Shown here one piece after another: positions 13,000 through 25,638 of a stretch of 64,000 nt of DNA. The notes below the pieces were generated by a model. It had not been told where the DNA came from. It did no database searches and saw nothing but the letters and a program-made list of their open reading frames with translations. Position numbers and translations under genes: made by a program. Numbering within the stretch: position 1 is the stretch's first letter; the number at the start of each line of letters is the position of its first letter. The stretch spans positions 138,363,010 to 138,427,009 of the forward strand of contig JASCQW010000132.1 of the NCBI GenBank assembly GCA_030264375.1, in the 5' to 3' direction. The DNA comes from Carcharhinus longimanus. Lineage: Eukaryota.

Positions 13000-14820
13000 A
13001 TTTTAACTTTTTTTGAATAATCTAGTGTTCTTTATATTTGAGTTCACATTTAACTGCAAATAGTCTTTAACTTGCAATTCTCATCCGGAGGCCTAACTAG
13101 GAGGAGAAAAGTTATCTACTGGCAGCAGATGAAAGAGTTAATTCATGAAGGAAACTGGCTTGTCTGTTTCCACTGTACCTGGGCTCAGCTTGTCCCTTTT
13201 GTTCATAGAAATTCAGACACTCTCTGTAATCAGCACCGAGTGGAACTTTGGACAGAATGTGGAAGTTTGGTGCAAAGAGGAAGTTTAAAATAGTACTGGA
13301 GTTTGTAATCAGATTAATAAATATCGAAAAGAGAATAAATATTTGAATGTAGTAATTAATTAGTTATAAGAATTGCAGGACAGGTGATGTGTCAAGGCTG
13401 CCACTTGTGAGACCTCATGGATACTGGTGTTATCCAGGGTAAATATATCTGCAGTAAATGTCTGCGGCTTGAGAAGTTTTGGCTCAGTCATTGAGCTAGA
13501 GTCTGAGCTCCAGACACTGCGACGCATCAGGGAGAGAGAAAGAGTTACATGAACGCTTTGTTTCAGGAGGTGGTCACACCCCTTAGAATAGAATCTTCTG
13601 ATTTGCAAAGCTTTGTTTCAGGAGGTGGTCACACCCCTTAGAATAGAATCTTCTGATTTGCAAAGTAGTCGGGGACAGAGGATGTGACTGTAGCTGAGGC
13701 AGGAAAGTGGTCCCAGAGTGCAGGAGTGTTAGACTCTGCTATTGTCCAACCAGGTTTGGAGTTCTCTCAGCTTGTTTGAATGAAAATGGGAGTTGCAGAG
13801 TGACGAGGTGACTGACCATGGCATTGTGATACAGGCAGCCATTCAAGTGGAGGGAATACATGAGTTAGTGATAGTGGGGGACAGTATAATGAGGGAGATT
13901 GGCATTGTTCTCTTTAACAAAGAGTGACAATCCAGATGACTGTGCTGCCTACCCAGGGCCAGGGTTTGGGACTTTTTAATGATAGGCCAAAATAAGTTCT
14001 GCACGGACAATTTCAACAGCTGGGTGCTAAGTTAAACAACAGCACTTCCAAGATTAAAAACTCTGGATTATTATCTGAGCTGTGTGCAAATTGGCATAGG
14101 GTACATAAATTTAGCGACTTGAATATATGGCTCAAAGACTGGTATGGGTTTTGGTCTGTGGGGCATTGGCATCAGAACTGGGGAAAGTGGGGGATGTACC
14201 TACATCTGAAGCGTGCTGGGACAAATGTTCTTGCAAACTGCATAACTTGGGATATATAGGGGGCTTTAAACTAAATAGAGAGGAAATGCGTAGGCTTGCA
14301 AATCAAAAGTATATGGCAGCATAGCAAGACAGCTATTTAGATTCTGATGCCCAGAGTGTGACAGGAAGGGACAGAGTGTAAAAACATTAAAAAAGCAGCA
14401 GATACAGTCAAAGAGAGAAGTAGTAAAAAGGCAAAATTAATAGCTCTTTACTTGAATTCATGTAATATTCAGCACAAAATAAATGAATTAACAGCACAAA
14501 TTGAGGTTAATGGTTATGATCTTACAACCATTACAGAGACGCAGTTACAAGGAGACCAAAACTGGGAACTAAATATTCAGGGGTATGTATGGGCAGGATG
14601 GAAAGGGTGGTGGGGTAGCTTTGTTAATATGAGATGGAATAAGTATGATAACAAAAAATGATCTTCAGTCGTAAGTTGTGGAATCCATATGGGTGGAGGG
14701 AGGAAATAACATGGGGAAGAAGACACTGGTGAGAGTAGTCTCCAAGCCCTCTAGCTATATTGAGGCATGGAGAATAACTGAAGAGAAAATGAGGGCATGT
14801 GAAAAAGAGCAGCAATCTCA
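13000..14820 (+). mobile_element. CR1 LINE 5' portion (ORF1 zinc finger/esterase and start of ORF2 endonuclease), decayed
   Basis: YICSKCLRLE...LESELQTLRRIRE (~13444-13535); VIVGDSIMR esterase motif (~13868); LYLNSCNIQHKINEL...YDLTTITETQL (~14446-14548). Confidence 0.85.
13555..13665. repeat. Perfect 55-bp tandem duplication
   Basis: GCTTTGTTTCAGGAGGTGGTCACACCCCTTAGAATAGAATCTTCTGATTTGCAAA x2. Confidence 0.93.
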
Positions 14821-14830
14821 CAAAAAAATC

Positions 14831-17085
14831 TGTAAAAGTTCCAGAGGATTCTTTTACTTGCAGATTGCTTTAAGAACTGGCAACATGATTTGATGGTGAT
14901 GTCATCATTGTATTGCTGCAGGCTGCTGTTTTACTTTCAATTTGTACTTTGTTCAGCACAATGAACAGCTCTTCAATAAATCTGTTGTTGTTACTTCGAA
15001 TCCACATATGCAAACCATGTTATTTTCTTTTTGTTAAAACTCACGACCCCTGACATAGTTTGGACATTATAAAAAGAAAATTGGTGATAAGGATGGGATT
15101 TTGTTTCATGAAGAATATCAAAAAAAAGATCTTAAGTAGAAGAAAAAATCATGGGTTCCCACATCTGCAATATTAGAAAGCTGAGGAGAAGCAACAACAG
15201 GGTTGAAGTTTACATGGCCAGTAAAGGGAGGCCAAGTAAGAATAAAAATCTCTGTGGTTTTAAAAGGTTTTTTTTTCAGTCAGAGAAGGGTGAGATTCCA
15301 GTCAGAATCTGACATATTTGAAATGAGAGATGTATGGCTGGGGCCATTTGGGGGTAAAAAAAACCCTTCACGTCACCATTCTCCATATTAAAAGGAGTAC
15401 TGGGAAGACAGAAAAAAATATATACTGAGCAGTCTCGAGTTGTTGGTGCCTGCAAGGGCAATGGTACACCAACTAGGATCCATGGGCATTTTGAATCATG
15501 GAGTTCCTATGCAGAGCATTTTCAGTACTTTGTACAAGCAACTAACATTGGAAACAAGTTGCTCATACCAGTTTTACTCAGTACAATAAAAAGTATATGC
15601 TCTGGGACTTAGCTCATCCAGAAATGGCAGGAATCAAAACTTAGGATGACTTGATAGAGGTCCTTGAAGAGCATTACTCTCCCAAGCTAATGATCATCGT
15701 GGAATGATTCAGGTTCCGCTGAAGGAGTCAAGTAGAAGGTGAAAGAATTGCTCAATTTGTGGCAACCTTAAAGAGGCTGGCACAACATTGTGAGTTTGGT
15801 GAGAAGTTAAAAGATTCTCTTCAAGGTCGTTTAGATTGTGGTCTCCAAAATGAGGCTATCCAAAGAAGATTGCTTGCTGAACATGCTTTGATTTTAAAGA
15901 CAGTAGTAGAAATCAGTGTCGCTGTAACAGGCTGATAAAGAGGCTTCAGAATTTGGTGCAGGAATGAAAATCTACAAATTGGGAACTGTCCAAAAGAAGT
16001 CAAATCAGCAACAAACATGTCATAGATGTGCCAAAATGGGCCATTCAGTGACTGACTACTGGATCAAGGACAGTCAATGAAAGAAGTGTGGCAAAATGGG
16101 TCACATTGCAAAAGCTTATTGGGCCAGACTAGCTTCCCTTGAGAAGACTATTCAGAAGAATAATCTGGGTACTCGAAGAACAACAAGTTGTGTTCTACAA
16201 AAATAATTTATGAAAAGAATTATGACTGAGGAAGAGAATGTCCAGAGACCTGATCAAGATCTCCAATTTATCCATTCAGGGTGGATCACATAGATTCTGG
16301 GTGATTTCATAGTTAAATGAACAACGTATTAGGATGGAGGTTGATACAGATGCTGCTGTATCTTTAATTTCTGAGATTATTTAACCAACAAAAGCTGAAG
16401 CATCTTCCTTTGCAACCAGCTGATGTGATTTTAAAGACATGTATGGAAAATACATCAATAAAAGTTTACATCATAGTCAACGTAACAGTGACTAGACAAA
16501 CAACAGTTACCTCTGCATGTGGTCAGTGATAGTTTTCCAGTTCTGTTTGGGAGATCATGGTTGGATATGATAAAGCTTAACTGGAGTGCTGTCAACAGAC
16601 TAGTCAATGTGAAAACACACCTACAATACCTTCTGGATAAATACAAGAGTGTATTCGAAAAGACACTGGGCTCAATGAAGGAATTTCAAGTGAAGATAAA
16701 GCCTAATAGTCAACCAAAAAAATCTCAAAGCATGAGTGGTGCCAAATGCAATTCGTCCCAAGGTTGAAGAAGAATTAGTACAACTTGTTACCACTGGTGT
16801 ATTAGAGCTGTCATAATGAGTGAGTATTTGTGGTGATTTAAAAACAGCCATATATCTAGTGTTGTGTGTTAATGAATATCTGCTTCCTTTAATTGAAGAT
16901 TTGTTTGTTGGGTTATCAGGTGGGCAGAAATTCAGTGAGATTAATTTCTCACAAGCATATTTACAGATAAATGTAGCCGCTAAATCTCAAACATTGCCTA
17001 CCATCGTTGCTCATAAAGATGTCTTTCATAGTGAATATATACCTGTTGGAATAACATCTATACCAGCCCTATTCCAAAGATATCT
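14831..17085 (+). mobile_element. Decayed Gypsy (Mag-like) LTR retrotransposon: probable 5' LTR, PBS, gag, protease, partial RT
   Basis: PBS TGGTGATAAGGATGGGATT 15082-15100; gag EGERIAQFVATLKRLAQHCEFG...IQRRLLAE; two decayed zinc knuckles ~16018-16120; protease MEVDTDAAVS ~16334; LFGRSWL; RT ICGDLK...LPLIEDLF..LSGGQKFSEINFSQAYLQ; truncated at a C-rich tract. The LTR boundary is tentative. Confidence 0.88.
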
Positions 17086-17164
17086 CTCTCCACCTTCCCC
17101 CACCCCGCCTCCTCCTCCTCCTCCCTCCCCCCCCCACCCCCATCAAAATCGTAGGGAGTACATT

Positions 17165-17790
17165 TGACCAGAAATTGAACTGGACACGTCATATAAATGC
17201 TGTGGCTACTACAGCAGGTCAAAGGCTGGAAATCCTGTGATGTGTAACTTGCTTCCTGACTCCCCAAAGTGTCTCCACCATCTACAAGGCACAAGTCAGG
17301 AGTGTGATAGAAAAGTCTCCACTTGCCTGGATGAATACTGCTCCAATCACACTTAAGAAACTCAACACCATGCAGGCCACAGCAGCCTACTTGATCAGCA
17401 CCTCATCCACCATATTCACCCTCCATGACTGATGCACAATGGCAGCAGTACAAGATGCAGTGCAGCAACTCACCAAGTTTCCTTTGACAGCATCTTCAAA
17501 ACTTGCAATTTCTATCACCTAGAAGGTCATGGGCAACAGATGCATGGAAACAGTAATCTCCTGTTCCAAGTCACTCAGCATTCTGATCTGGAAATGTACT
17601 GCTGTTCCTTCACTGTCACTGGGTCAAAATCGTGGAACTTTCCACTCTAGTAGCACTGTGGGTGTACCTGTACAGCATGGCCTGCGGGGCTTTGAGAAGG
17701 TGGCTCCTTCTTGAGGGCTATTAGGGATGGGCAATAAATGCTGGCCCAGCCAGTGATGCCCACATCCCATTAACGAATTTTCAAAAAAAT
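17165..17790 (+). mobile_element. CR1-group LINE 3' remnant (YKAQVRSV...PLAW type)
   Basis: IYKAQVRSVIEKSPLAWM ~17280; tail GGGATGGGCAATAAATGCTGGCC. Confidence 0.75.
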
Positions 17791-18589
17791 TGAGAATCAC
17801 ATTTTTCAGAATAGAATGATTAAACTTAGATTAAGTGAGATGGAGCATTGAACAATCGGGACTTTCTTTTGTTTCTGAGAAATTAGGAACAGCTGTTAAT
17901 TACAGAAAATATATTAAATATTTTGCATTATCAGTGTTCTTATTCCAAAGCAAGCCTCTGCTCACTATGATAATATTGGGCTTTATTTTCAAAATTATTT
18001 GAAAGTGTTTTGGTAGAGAGATTTACTAGGTTTCTGCTGAAAGAAAGTTGGTGCAACCTGAGTATTTTCAGTGTAATTCTTACTCTATGAAGTTAATTCC
18101 TAATAGAAACTGCAAGAGAAAGCTTGCCTAAGTATCATCCCTGCTTCAGGCAATTCAAAACAGCTTTCAAATCTTTGTTCTTCTTTGGATGTAGGTGTGG
18201 CTGGCAAGACCAGAATTTGATGCCCATTCTTAATTACCCTTGAACTGAGTGGCTTGCTAGGCCATTTCAGAGGGCAGTTGGGAGTCAACCACATTGCTGT
18301 GGGTCTGAAGTCACACGTGGGCCTGGGTCAAAATCCCAGACGTCCCTTCCCTAGACCATATGGACTGCAGCAGTTCAAGAAACCATTCAGTGAAGGCAGC
18401 TTTTTTCCACCTTCTCAAGGGCAATTAGGAATGGGCAATAAATGCTGAGCTAGCCACAGAAGTCCCCCCCAACCCCTCAATCCCATGAATTAATTAACAT
18501 AAAAAGAGTAAAGATGGCAGATTTCCTGCTTGACAGGGTATTAGTGAGCCAGTTGTGTAAAGTCTGAAAACTCTTTTTAGTACAACCAT

Positions 18590-19150
18590 CAAGAACGACT
18601 GAACAACAGGTTGGAGCTCTTTTCTCCAGGAAAGAGAAGATTGAGAGATGATGTGACAAGTGGTCTCTAACTTTATGATGGCTTTTGCTTGGGTAGATTT
18701 GGGCTAGATGTTTTCATTTGTCAGGATGAATTGATCACTAATGAGCTTGAGAGATTACTCAGAATAGCGTTTTACTTCCTGGAATTTAGCAGGTTCGGGG
18801 AAGTTTCAATGAAAGTTTTCGGTATATTAAGGGGAACCATTAGAGTAGAGAAAATAAAGTATTTTTGCTGGTTGGCAGACCAGCAAAGGGGCAGAATCTG
18901 AAAATTAGAGCCAGACGTTTTCGGGAATGAAATTAAGAAACACTTCTTCATACAAAGGGTAGTACATGCTTACTCTCTTCTGCAAATGGCAACTGATGCA
19001 AGATTAATTATTCATTTTAATTTGGAGATTGTTAATCAAAGCTATTAAGGGATATGAGGCAAAGCTGGGCATTTGGAGGCAAGGTGCAGATTAGCCAGGA
19101 TCTCATTGAACTGGTGGAACAGGCTCAAGGGGCTAAATAGCCTCTTCGTA
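18590..19150 (+). mobile_element. CR1 LINE 3' remnants (old)
   Basis: Decayed ORF2 C-terminus and AACAGGCTCAAGGGGCTAAATAGCCT tail. Confidence 0.7.
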
Positions 19151-19372
19151 TTCTGCCAAAGGGATTCAGAAGAAATGTTTTTAAATAGACTGGTGACGAC
19201 ATGAAACTTGTTGCTACAGCATGTAGGTGAAGTGAATAGCATTGATTCAGTGAATTGGAAGTGAGATAAGCAGAATGGAGCAAAGAATAGATGTTAGGGT
19301 GGGAGGAGACCGTTGTGGAGCGTAAATGCCAATGTGTGCTGTAATTACATTTTCACAGTAGCTAACACTGAT

Positions 19373-19637
19373 GGCTCACAGCGCCAGGGACCTGGGTTCG
19401 ATTCCCGGCTTGGGTTACTGTCTGTGCGGAGTCTGCATGTTCTCTTAGTGCCTGCGTGGGTTTCCTCTGGGTGTTCTGGTTTCCTCCCACGGTCTGAAAG
19501 ATATGCTGGTTAGGTGCATTGACCATACTAAATTCTCCCTCGGTGTACCCGAACAGGTGCCAGAGTATGGATTTTCATAGTAACTTCATTGCATTGTTAA
19601 TGTAAGCCTACTTGTGACACTAATAAATAAACTTTAA
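19373..19637 (+). mobile_element. HE1/V-SINE-type SINE (alternative tail)
   Basis: Core match plus tail ...GTAAGCCTACTTGTGACACTAATAAATAAACTTTA. Confidence 0.9.
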
Positions 19638-19689
19638 AAACTTTATTTGTCCTTTTTCTTTATAAGGTGAACTGCAGTTGGTTTTGTTA

Positions 19690-20035
19690 GAACATAGAAC
19701 ACTACAGCACAAACAGGCTCTTCGGCCCACAAGTTGCGCCGATCATATCCATCCCTACCAGGCCGTAGAACTATCTATAACTCCCAATCCCATTAAATCC
19801 CATGTACTCATCCAGAAGTCTTTTAAAAGACCCCAGCGAGTTNNNNNNNNNNNNNNNNNNNNNNNNNNNNNNNNNNNNNNNNNNNNNNNNNNNNNNNNNN
19901 NNNNNNNNNNNNNNNNNNNNNNNNNNNNNNNNNNNNNNNNNNGACAGCAGCTGATTCCACTCACTCACCACCCTCTGACTGAAAAACTTACCCCTAACAT
20001 CTCCTCTGTACCTGCTCCCCAGCACCTTAAACCTG
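19690..20035 (-). mobile_element. Young CR1 LINE 3' end
   Basis: RGDVRGKFFSQRVVSEWN; AGAACATAGAAC tail; N-gap. Confidence 0.85.
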
Positions 20036-20922
20036 TTTATCCAAAGATTTAATTATGTAGCTATGCTAGCATTTTCACAACACCAAACCACAAAATTTCA
20101 TCTATCTCAGAAATGCTGAACTTCAAAATCTCCATCGTCACTGTTACTAAATTCCCAGACTTCCTCATCCTTCGTCGTTCTGTACATCCTGACGAACTGT
20201 GACTAGCAAAGTCAGAGATCCATTAATGTGCAGATGTACTATACTGATGTTTGTTGTCTGTCTAAGTGTCAGTTCTTAATCTAAATTCTAGCAACATTTT
20301 GTCTATTTCTTTTTGTGCTGTCTAGATACTTTCTGCAGCCAAGATTAGTGGGTATGTACCAGCTTACCATTGACAGACTTTCAAATTGAAAGCACACCAG
20401 TGATGCCTTTCAGAAGTTTCATCCACTTCTCCATTGAATAAATTCCAACATGACTTTATATTGAAGTGTTGCTTTTAAATCATCAGTACATTTTACTTTT
20501 CTGACATTGAAATAGTGACTGAACTTCAAAAAGTAATTCATCTGTTTTGAAGCCCTTTGGGATGCCCTGTGGCTGTGAAAGGTAAAATAGATAAATGCAA
20601 ACTATTTTAGGCTGCCAACAACAACTTGTCTTTATAAAGCAACTTTCACATAATCAGGTATTGAAAGGCAATTCGCTCAGGCATTATAAAACAAAATGTT
20701 GACATGAACCATAGAAAGAGATTTTGGGGCAGATTACCAAAAAAGCTTGTTAAACAAGGTAGGTTTTAAGAAATGATTTAAAAGAGGAAAATGAGGTAGA
20801 AAGGCGGAAAGTTTAGGGAGAGAATTCTAGAGATTAGTGTTATTTGCATTTATTTTTGCCCAGGTGATTCACATTAACTGGCGGGGTTCAGTTGTGCTTC
20901 GATAAATAGAAATAGCTTTGTT

Positions 20923-20996
20923 GAGCCTGTGGCTTAGTAGGTTAAAGCACCTACCTAGTAAACAGGTGATATTAGGTTCAAATCCCAGGAGAGCCT
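20923..20996 (+). pseudogene. tRNA-Thr(AGT) pseudogene in PIGN intron
   Basis: 74 nt colinear with vertebrate tRNA-Thr-AGT (TGGCTTAGTaGGTTAAAGC...CTAGTAAACAGG...GGTTCaAATCCCAG...GCCT). Anticodon AGT 20957-20959. Acceptor, anticodon and T stems are mismatched and CpGs have decayed. Confidence 0.85.
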
Positions 20997-22069
20997 TATT
21001 TTGTTTGAACTGCTGTATGCAGGGCAAAATCTATAAATAAGAACACATTTACTCATTTGCCCAAATTATTATATATATAGGAACAGACTGATGCTATTGT
21101 TGTGTTAGGAGATGCACATTTATAGTGCATATCTCTGTAAATAAATTGTCATTGCAAACTGACAAAGGAGGGGATTGAAATTCTTGTTCTGTTACTTTGG
21201 GAGCCTTCCTTGAAATGTCCATTTTGGTTGGCAGTATTTTGAAGAAATCAAGGGTGCCTTCCAACATATTTCGTTCCTGGTTCGATGAGTAACTGCAATC
21301 TTTTGCTCTGCTCAAATAATCTACACCTATGAGAGTCCCACATTGAATTTGTTTTGAGTTAGTTGACTTCAACAGGGACAGCAGTTCTGGTAGTCCTAAA
21401 ATTGACTCTGCAACCTTGGGCTGGGGAAAACCAGTTTATGGAAAATTTCAATTTGAATCCTGTTCAAAGCTAGAACTTGTTGCAGACATGGATTGCGTTG
21501 AACCATTGTCTAGGATTACACGTGACACATGAAAATCACAGCTATGGGTGCCAGTGGAACCTTGGTTGGTTAAATAATTATTTTCAAGAGAGGGAAGATA
21601 GAGGAAGTAATAGTATTTGTTTAATGTTTTGTTAAATATTTGCTTTCTTTTAGACTTTAAACATCAGAAATGGGTGGAGATATGGTTTTTCTGAAACTTT
21701 AAAATGAATGACAAATTTGAGACCCAGTAACCTATAGTTAACTGTATTTTGAACATTAATACTAAAAACTTTTATTTCCATTAGATATTTCTTATGGCAA
21801 GCATTTTTCCCCAAAATTGTTAAGCTGTGAAGAACTCTCACATCATGAAGGCTCATAAGAATTAAGAGATTTGTGATTACCTGTGCAAGTTAAAATGGAC
21901 AATTTAAGATGGAATTATTGTAGAACAATGCTAATTTGAGGATGCTAGTGGGAGGATTCAGTTCTGTCAGAAGTACATCCACTCCAAGTGGATTACTAAA
22001 ATATTTCCATGTTTCTGTTTGATTTTCAGTCTTTCTTGGAATTAAGTGATCGTGTTTATGTCTGCAAAC

Positions 22070-22290
22070 ATGCTGGCGTTCTTCCTGATCGGCTTGCTTG
22101 TGCACCTTGTCTTCTTTGCCTCCATTTTCGACATCTATTTCACCTCTCCCCTGGTACATGGAATGAGTCCTCATCGATCTGCACTGCCACCACCAGCTCA
22201 GCGCCTTGTCCTCTTTGTTGCTGATGGATTGCGAGCAGACACCTTTTTTGAGCTGGATGAGAAGGGACAAACACGTGCGCCATTCCTCCG
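22070..22290 (+). CDS. PIGN: PIGN coding exon 1 (exon begins 22030)
   Basis: [32 protein letters not shown]...[13 protein letters not shown]...RAPFLR. Acceptor ttttcag ends 22029; donor GTATGA 22291; 221 nt. An in-frame upstream ATG in weaker context lies at 22058. Confidence 0.97.
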
Positions 22291-22374
22291 GTATGAGCAG
22301 CCATGTGAGGCAGTTTTGAGAAAGAAAATGTCATTGGGATTATGGAAGGTTTTTGTGGGGTGGACATTGAGCAA

Positions 22375-22950
22375 ATGTTTCCTCTTTTGGGGAAGAATAA
22401 ATATAAAATAGTCGCCAGTAAATCCAGTAGTAATTCAAGAGAAACTTTTTATACCCAGAGTGTGGTATGAAAGTGGAACCCGTTGCCACAAGGAGCAATT
22501 GAGGTAAATATTAAACATGCATTTGAGGTGAAGCTGGATAGTTACATGTGTTGAAAGAAATGGCAGGCTATGCTGACACACGGAACTAAAGAGAGTTAAG
22601 AGGAAAGTTTTGTGTGGAGAATACGCACCAGTATTAACCCAATGGAATGCCCTGCCTGCAGCAGTTGTGGACTCGCCAACTTTAAGGGCGTTCAAATGGT
22701 CAGTGGATAGGCATATGGNNNNNNNNNNNNNNNNNNNNNNNNNNNNNNNNNNNNNNNNNNNNNNNNNNNNNNNNNNNNNNNNNNNNNNNNNNNNNNNNNN
22801 NNNNNNNNNNNNNNNNNNGGATAACATTGGAATAGTTTAGGTTAGAGGGTCATTAGATTGGTTCCACTGGTCGGCGCAACATCGAGAGCCGAAGGTCCTG
22901 TACTGCGCTGTAATGTTCTATGTTCAATGCTGAATGACCTGTTTTTGTGT
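22375..22950 (+). mobile_element. Old CR1 3' end with a younger CR1 3' end nested in it (~22637-22925)
   Basis: WNALPAAVVDSPTLRAFK; ATGTTCTATGTTC tail. Confidence 0.75.
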
Positions 22951-24219
22951 AAGAATGTTCCAGAATTACCTTGGATCAAATACTTTATTTCTAATTTTAC
23001 ATTATTCCTGGCATGCATCTTTCCATGCACATACCGTTTTAACTATTTGTGTCTCTTATGCTTTATTTAAGTTTTTTGTACAGTGATATAAAAGTTCTTA
23101 ATATTTTATCCACTTCCTTTGATTTTGGGCCCACAAGATTCAGTTTGCCTGAGGAGTCTATTTGTCAAGAAACAAGGTGCTGTCTCCTGATCTGTTAAAG
23201 GTGTACACTGGTGGGCCCAACTGTAATAATATTTTCAGTCGAATATCCTCATGCTGCTTTTGCTAAGATTTCCACATGAATAATGTCCGATCGGATGAGG
23301 TTGGTGTGGAATCCATATTTCAGAAAAACAGATGAATCTGACTCTTTTTTAAAAGAAGAAAACACATTTTTTAAAAGAAGAAAACTCAGCTGAGTTTATC
23401 TTTTTGTAGATTCATAAATACATTTTTTTTTTAGATGGATTGAACCACAAGCTGCAGGAAGAAACAATCAACACTGTAGACATGATATGGCATCAACATG
23501 AGTGTGAGAAAGCATATTACAGGTTATCCAATAAATTCCAGTTTTATTGCTGCAGCTCCACATTCTGAAATGAGGCACTTTGTCAAAATTGGGGACTAAG
23601 TAGTGCAATTAGTTCAAGTATGTAGCACAGATCGGCAGTGAGAAACTCTCATTTTTCTGTTGCCTGTGAAGATAGTAAGTTAAATTTGTTACATCTGGCA
23701 GGGTTATCCACTAATTGAAACTTACGCTCAAAGAGGCTGTTGCTTTGTGGGCAAATGTGATATTTAGTTTGGTTTCTATGCACCAAGGCGTCACTGAGAA
23801 CAAATAAGGCAAGTGGCCAGTTTGGTGGTGAAATTTGAAAAATTAATTTGCCTTGATCTTCTAAACTCATTTTGGCAGTTAGATCAGGCACCTGGAGGAG
23901 GGATTTGGTGATTTTTCCTGTGTTTTGGGATGTGCACCATATGGAATGGGATTGTAAATGGCAATGGCCAACCTGGCCTTGCCAGATAGGTAGGGGAAGA
24001 TGAGGGAGATAATAGAGGTGTTAATCAACGGTTTGGTATGCTTCTCATTGTTATATTCACTTGACTCCTGGAACACTAAATACAACAGATTTTTCTTAGT
24101 TACTTTTTATAATATTAATGGCATGGCACTTTTTAAAACGAATATTAAAAGTATCAAACCAAACCCATGTCCTGCATATTTGGAATGCCTGATTTTGTAA
24201 GTTGTTTGTGTGCATACAG

Positions 24220-24341
24220 GAATGTGGTGGAGCACAGTGGAAGTTGGGGTGTGTCCCACACACGGGTTCCCACTGAATCCAGACCTGGTCATGTGGCTCT
24301 GATTGCAGGGTTTTATGAAGACGTCAGTGCTGTTGCTAAAG
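24220..24341 (+). CDS. PIGN: PIGN coding exon 2
   Basis: [40 protein letters not shown] (conserved PTESRPGH motif); cag/GTATGC; 122 nt. Confidence 0.97.
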
Positions 24342-25182
24342 GTATGCAGTACTTCATTTGTATATTTGTATTTGACTTGCGGATTATAATTGTTACCTTC
24401 TCCACAAGTCTCCAAAGTGATCTAGTTAAACACCAAAATATGTATTATAAAAAAAAAATTAATGAATGCAAACTGTAAATACAAAGATTTAATCCTCTTC
24501 CACCATGGAATGATTACCATTTGGATCTATTAATAATATGGGAATTATCCCATGAGTTCATAAATTATAGTTTATTCTGCAACTGACTGTGCAATTTAGT
24601 ATTTGTTGCCCATTATTATGTTGACTAAATTGCCCATGTCTCATTGTGATCCTGTAGGTTTAAGGATGCTATATTCTGTAAAGTTTATTTGAGAAATCCT
24701 TGAATTGTTTTGTAAAAATATTAGCCAGCATTAACTGGATATTTTATCCTTATTTGGTTACAACCACCTTTTTTCCATTTAAAACCTTTGGTGTTTATGA
24801 AATGAGATGTGTTGCCTGCTCCACAAGCCCTCCAACCTTGCAACTGTAATTTGCACACCCACTTCTTTTTAAGCTTCACTTCAATCCTCTGTACAATTGG
24901 TCTGAACCTCTTGAATTCCTAAATTCAAGGCAATTTTGCTGGATCAGTAAGGAAACAATTGAGCCAATGATTAAGGTTTAGAACTTAAATATACAAATGC
25001 TGGTCTTGCCAGAGATGCTTGCATTCCAAGAACAACTTAAGAAAAGAAATCACGGTTAAAGCATCAAATAAATGAAATTAGTTCCTATTAGAGACTATTA
25101 AAAGCTAACAACCTCATGAATTACTTACTTTTGTAAAGGTTCTCAACAGCTGCCTATTTATACAGCACAGTAAAAAAAAAGT

Positions 25183-25471
25183 AAAGTTTATTTATTGGTC
25201 ACAAGCAGGCTTACATTAACACTGCAAAGAAGTTACTGTGAAAATCACCTAGTCGCCACACTCCAGCGCCTGTTCAGGTACACTGAGGGAGAATTTAGCA
25301 TGGCAAATGCACCAAGCATGTNNNNNNNNNNNNNNNNNNNNNNNNGAGCATAAGGAGGAAACCCATGCAGACATGAGGAGAACGTGCAGACTCCACAGAG
25401 ACAGTGACCCAAGCCGGGAATCGAACCCGGGTCCCTGGCACTGTGAGGCAGCAGTGCTAACCACTGTGCCA
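25183..25471 (-). mobile_element. HE1/V-SINE-type SINE (alternative tail)
   Basis: Full head, core and tail with a small N-gap. Confidence 0.9.
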
Positions 25472-25500
25472 ATGTGCCCCCAAGTTTCACAGATTTATCT

Positions 25501-25638
25501 CAGTCTGATGAAGGGTCTTCCAAACTTGAAACGTTGGCTCTATTCTCTCTCCACACATGCTGTCAGACCTGCTGAGATTTTCCAGCATTTTTTGTTTTTA
25601 TTTCACTTTCCAGCATCTGCAGTAATTTGCTTTTATCT
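25501..25638 (+). mobile_element. Short Penelope-type element (family B) with hammerhead-like motif
   Basis: CTGATGA-AGGGTCTTCCAAACTT-GAAACGTT followed by GACCTGCTGAGATTTTCCAGCATTTT; decayed relatives at ~32265-32350, ~38313-38410 and ~44860-44930. Confidence 0.7.
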
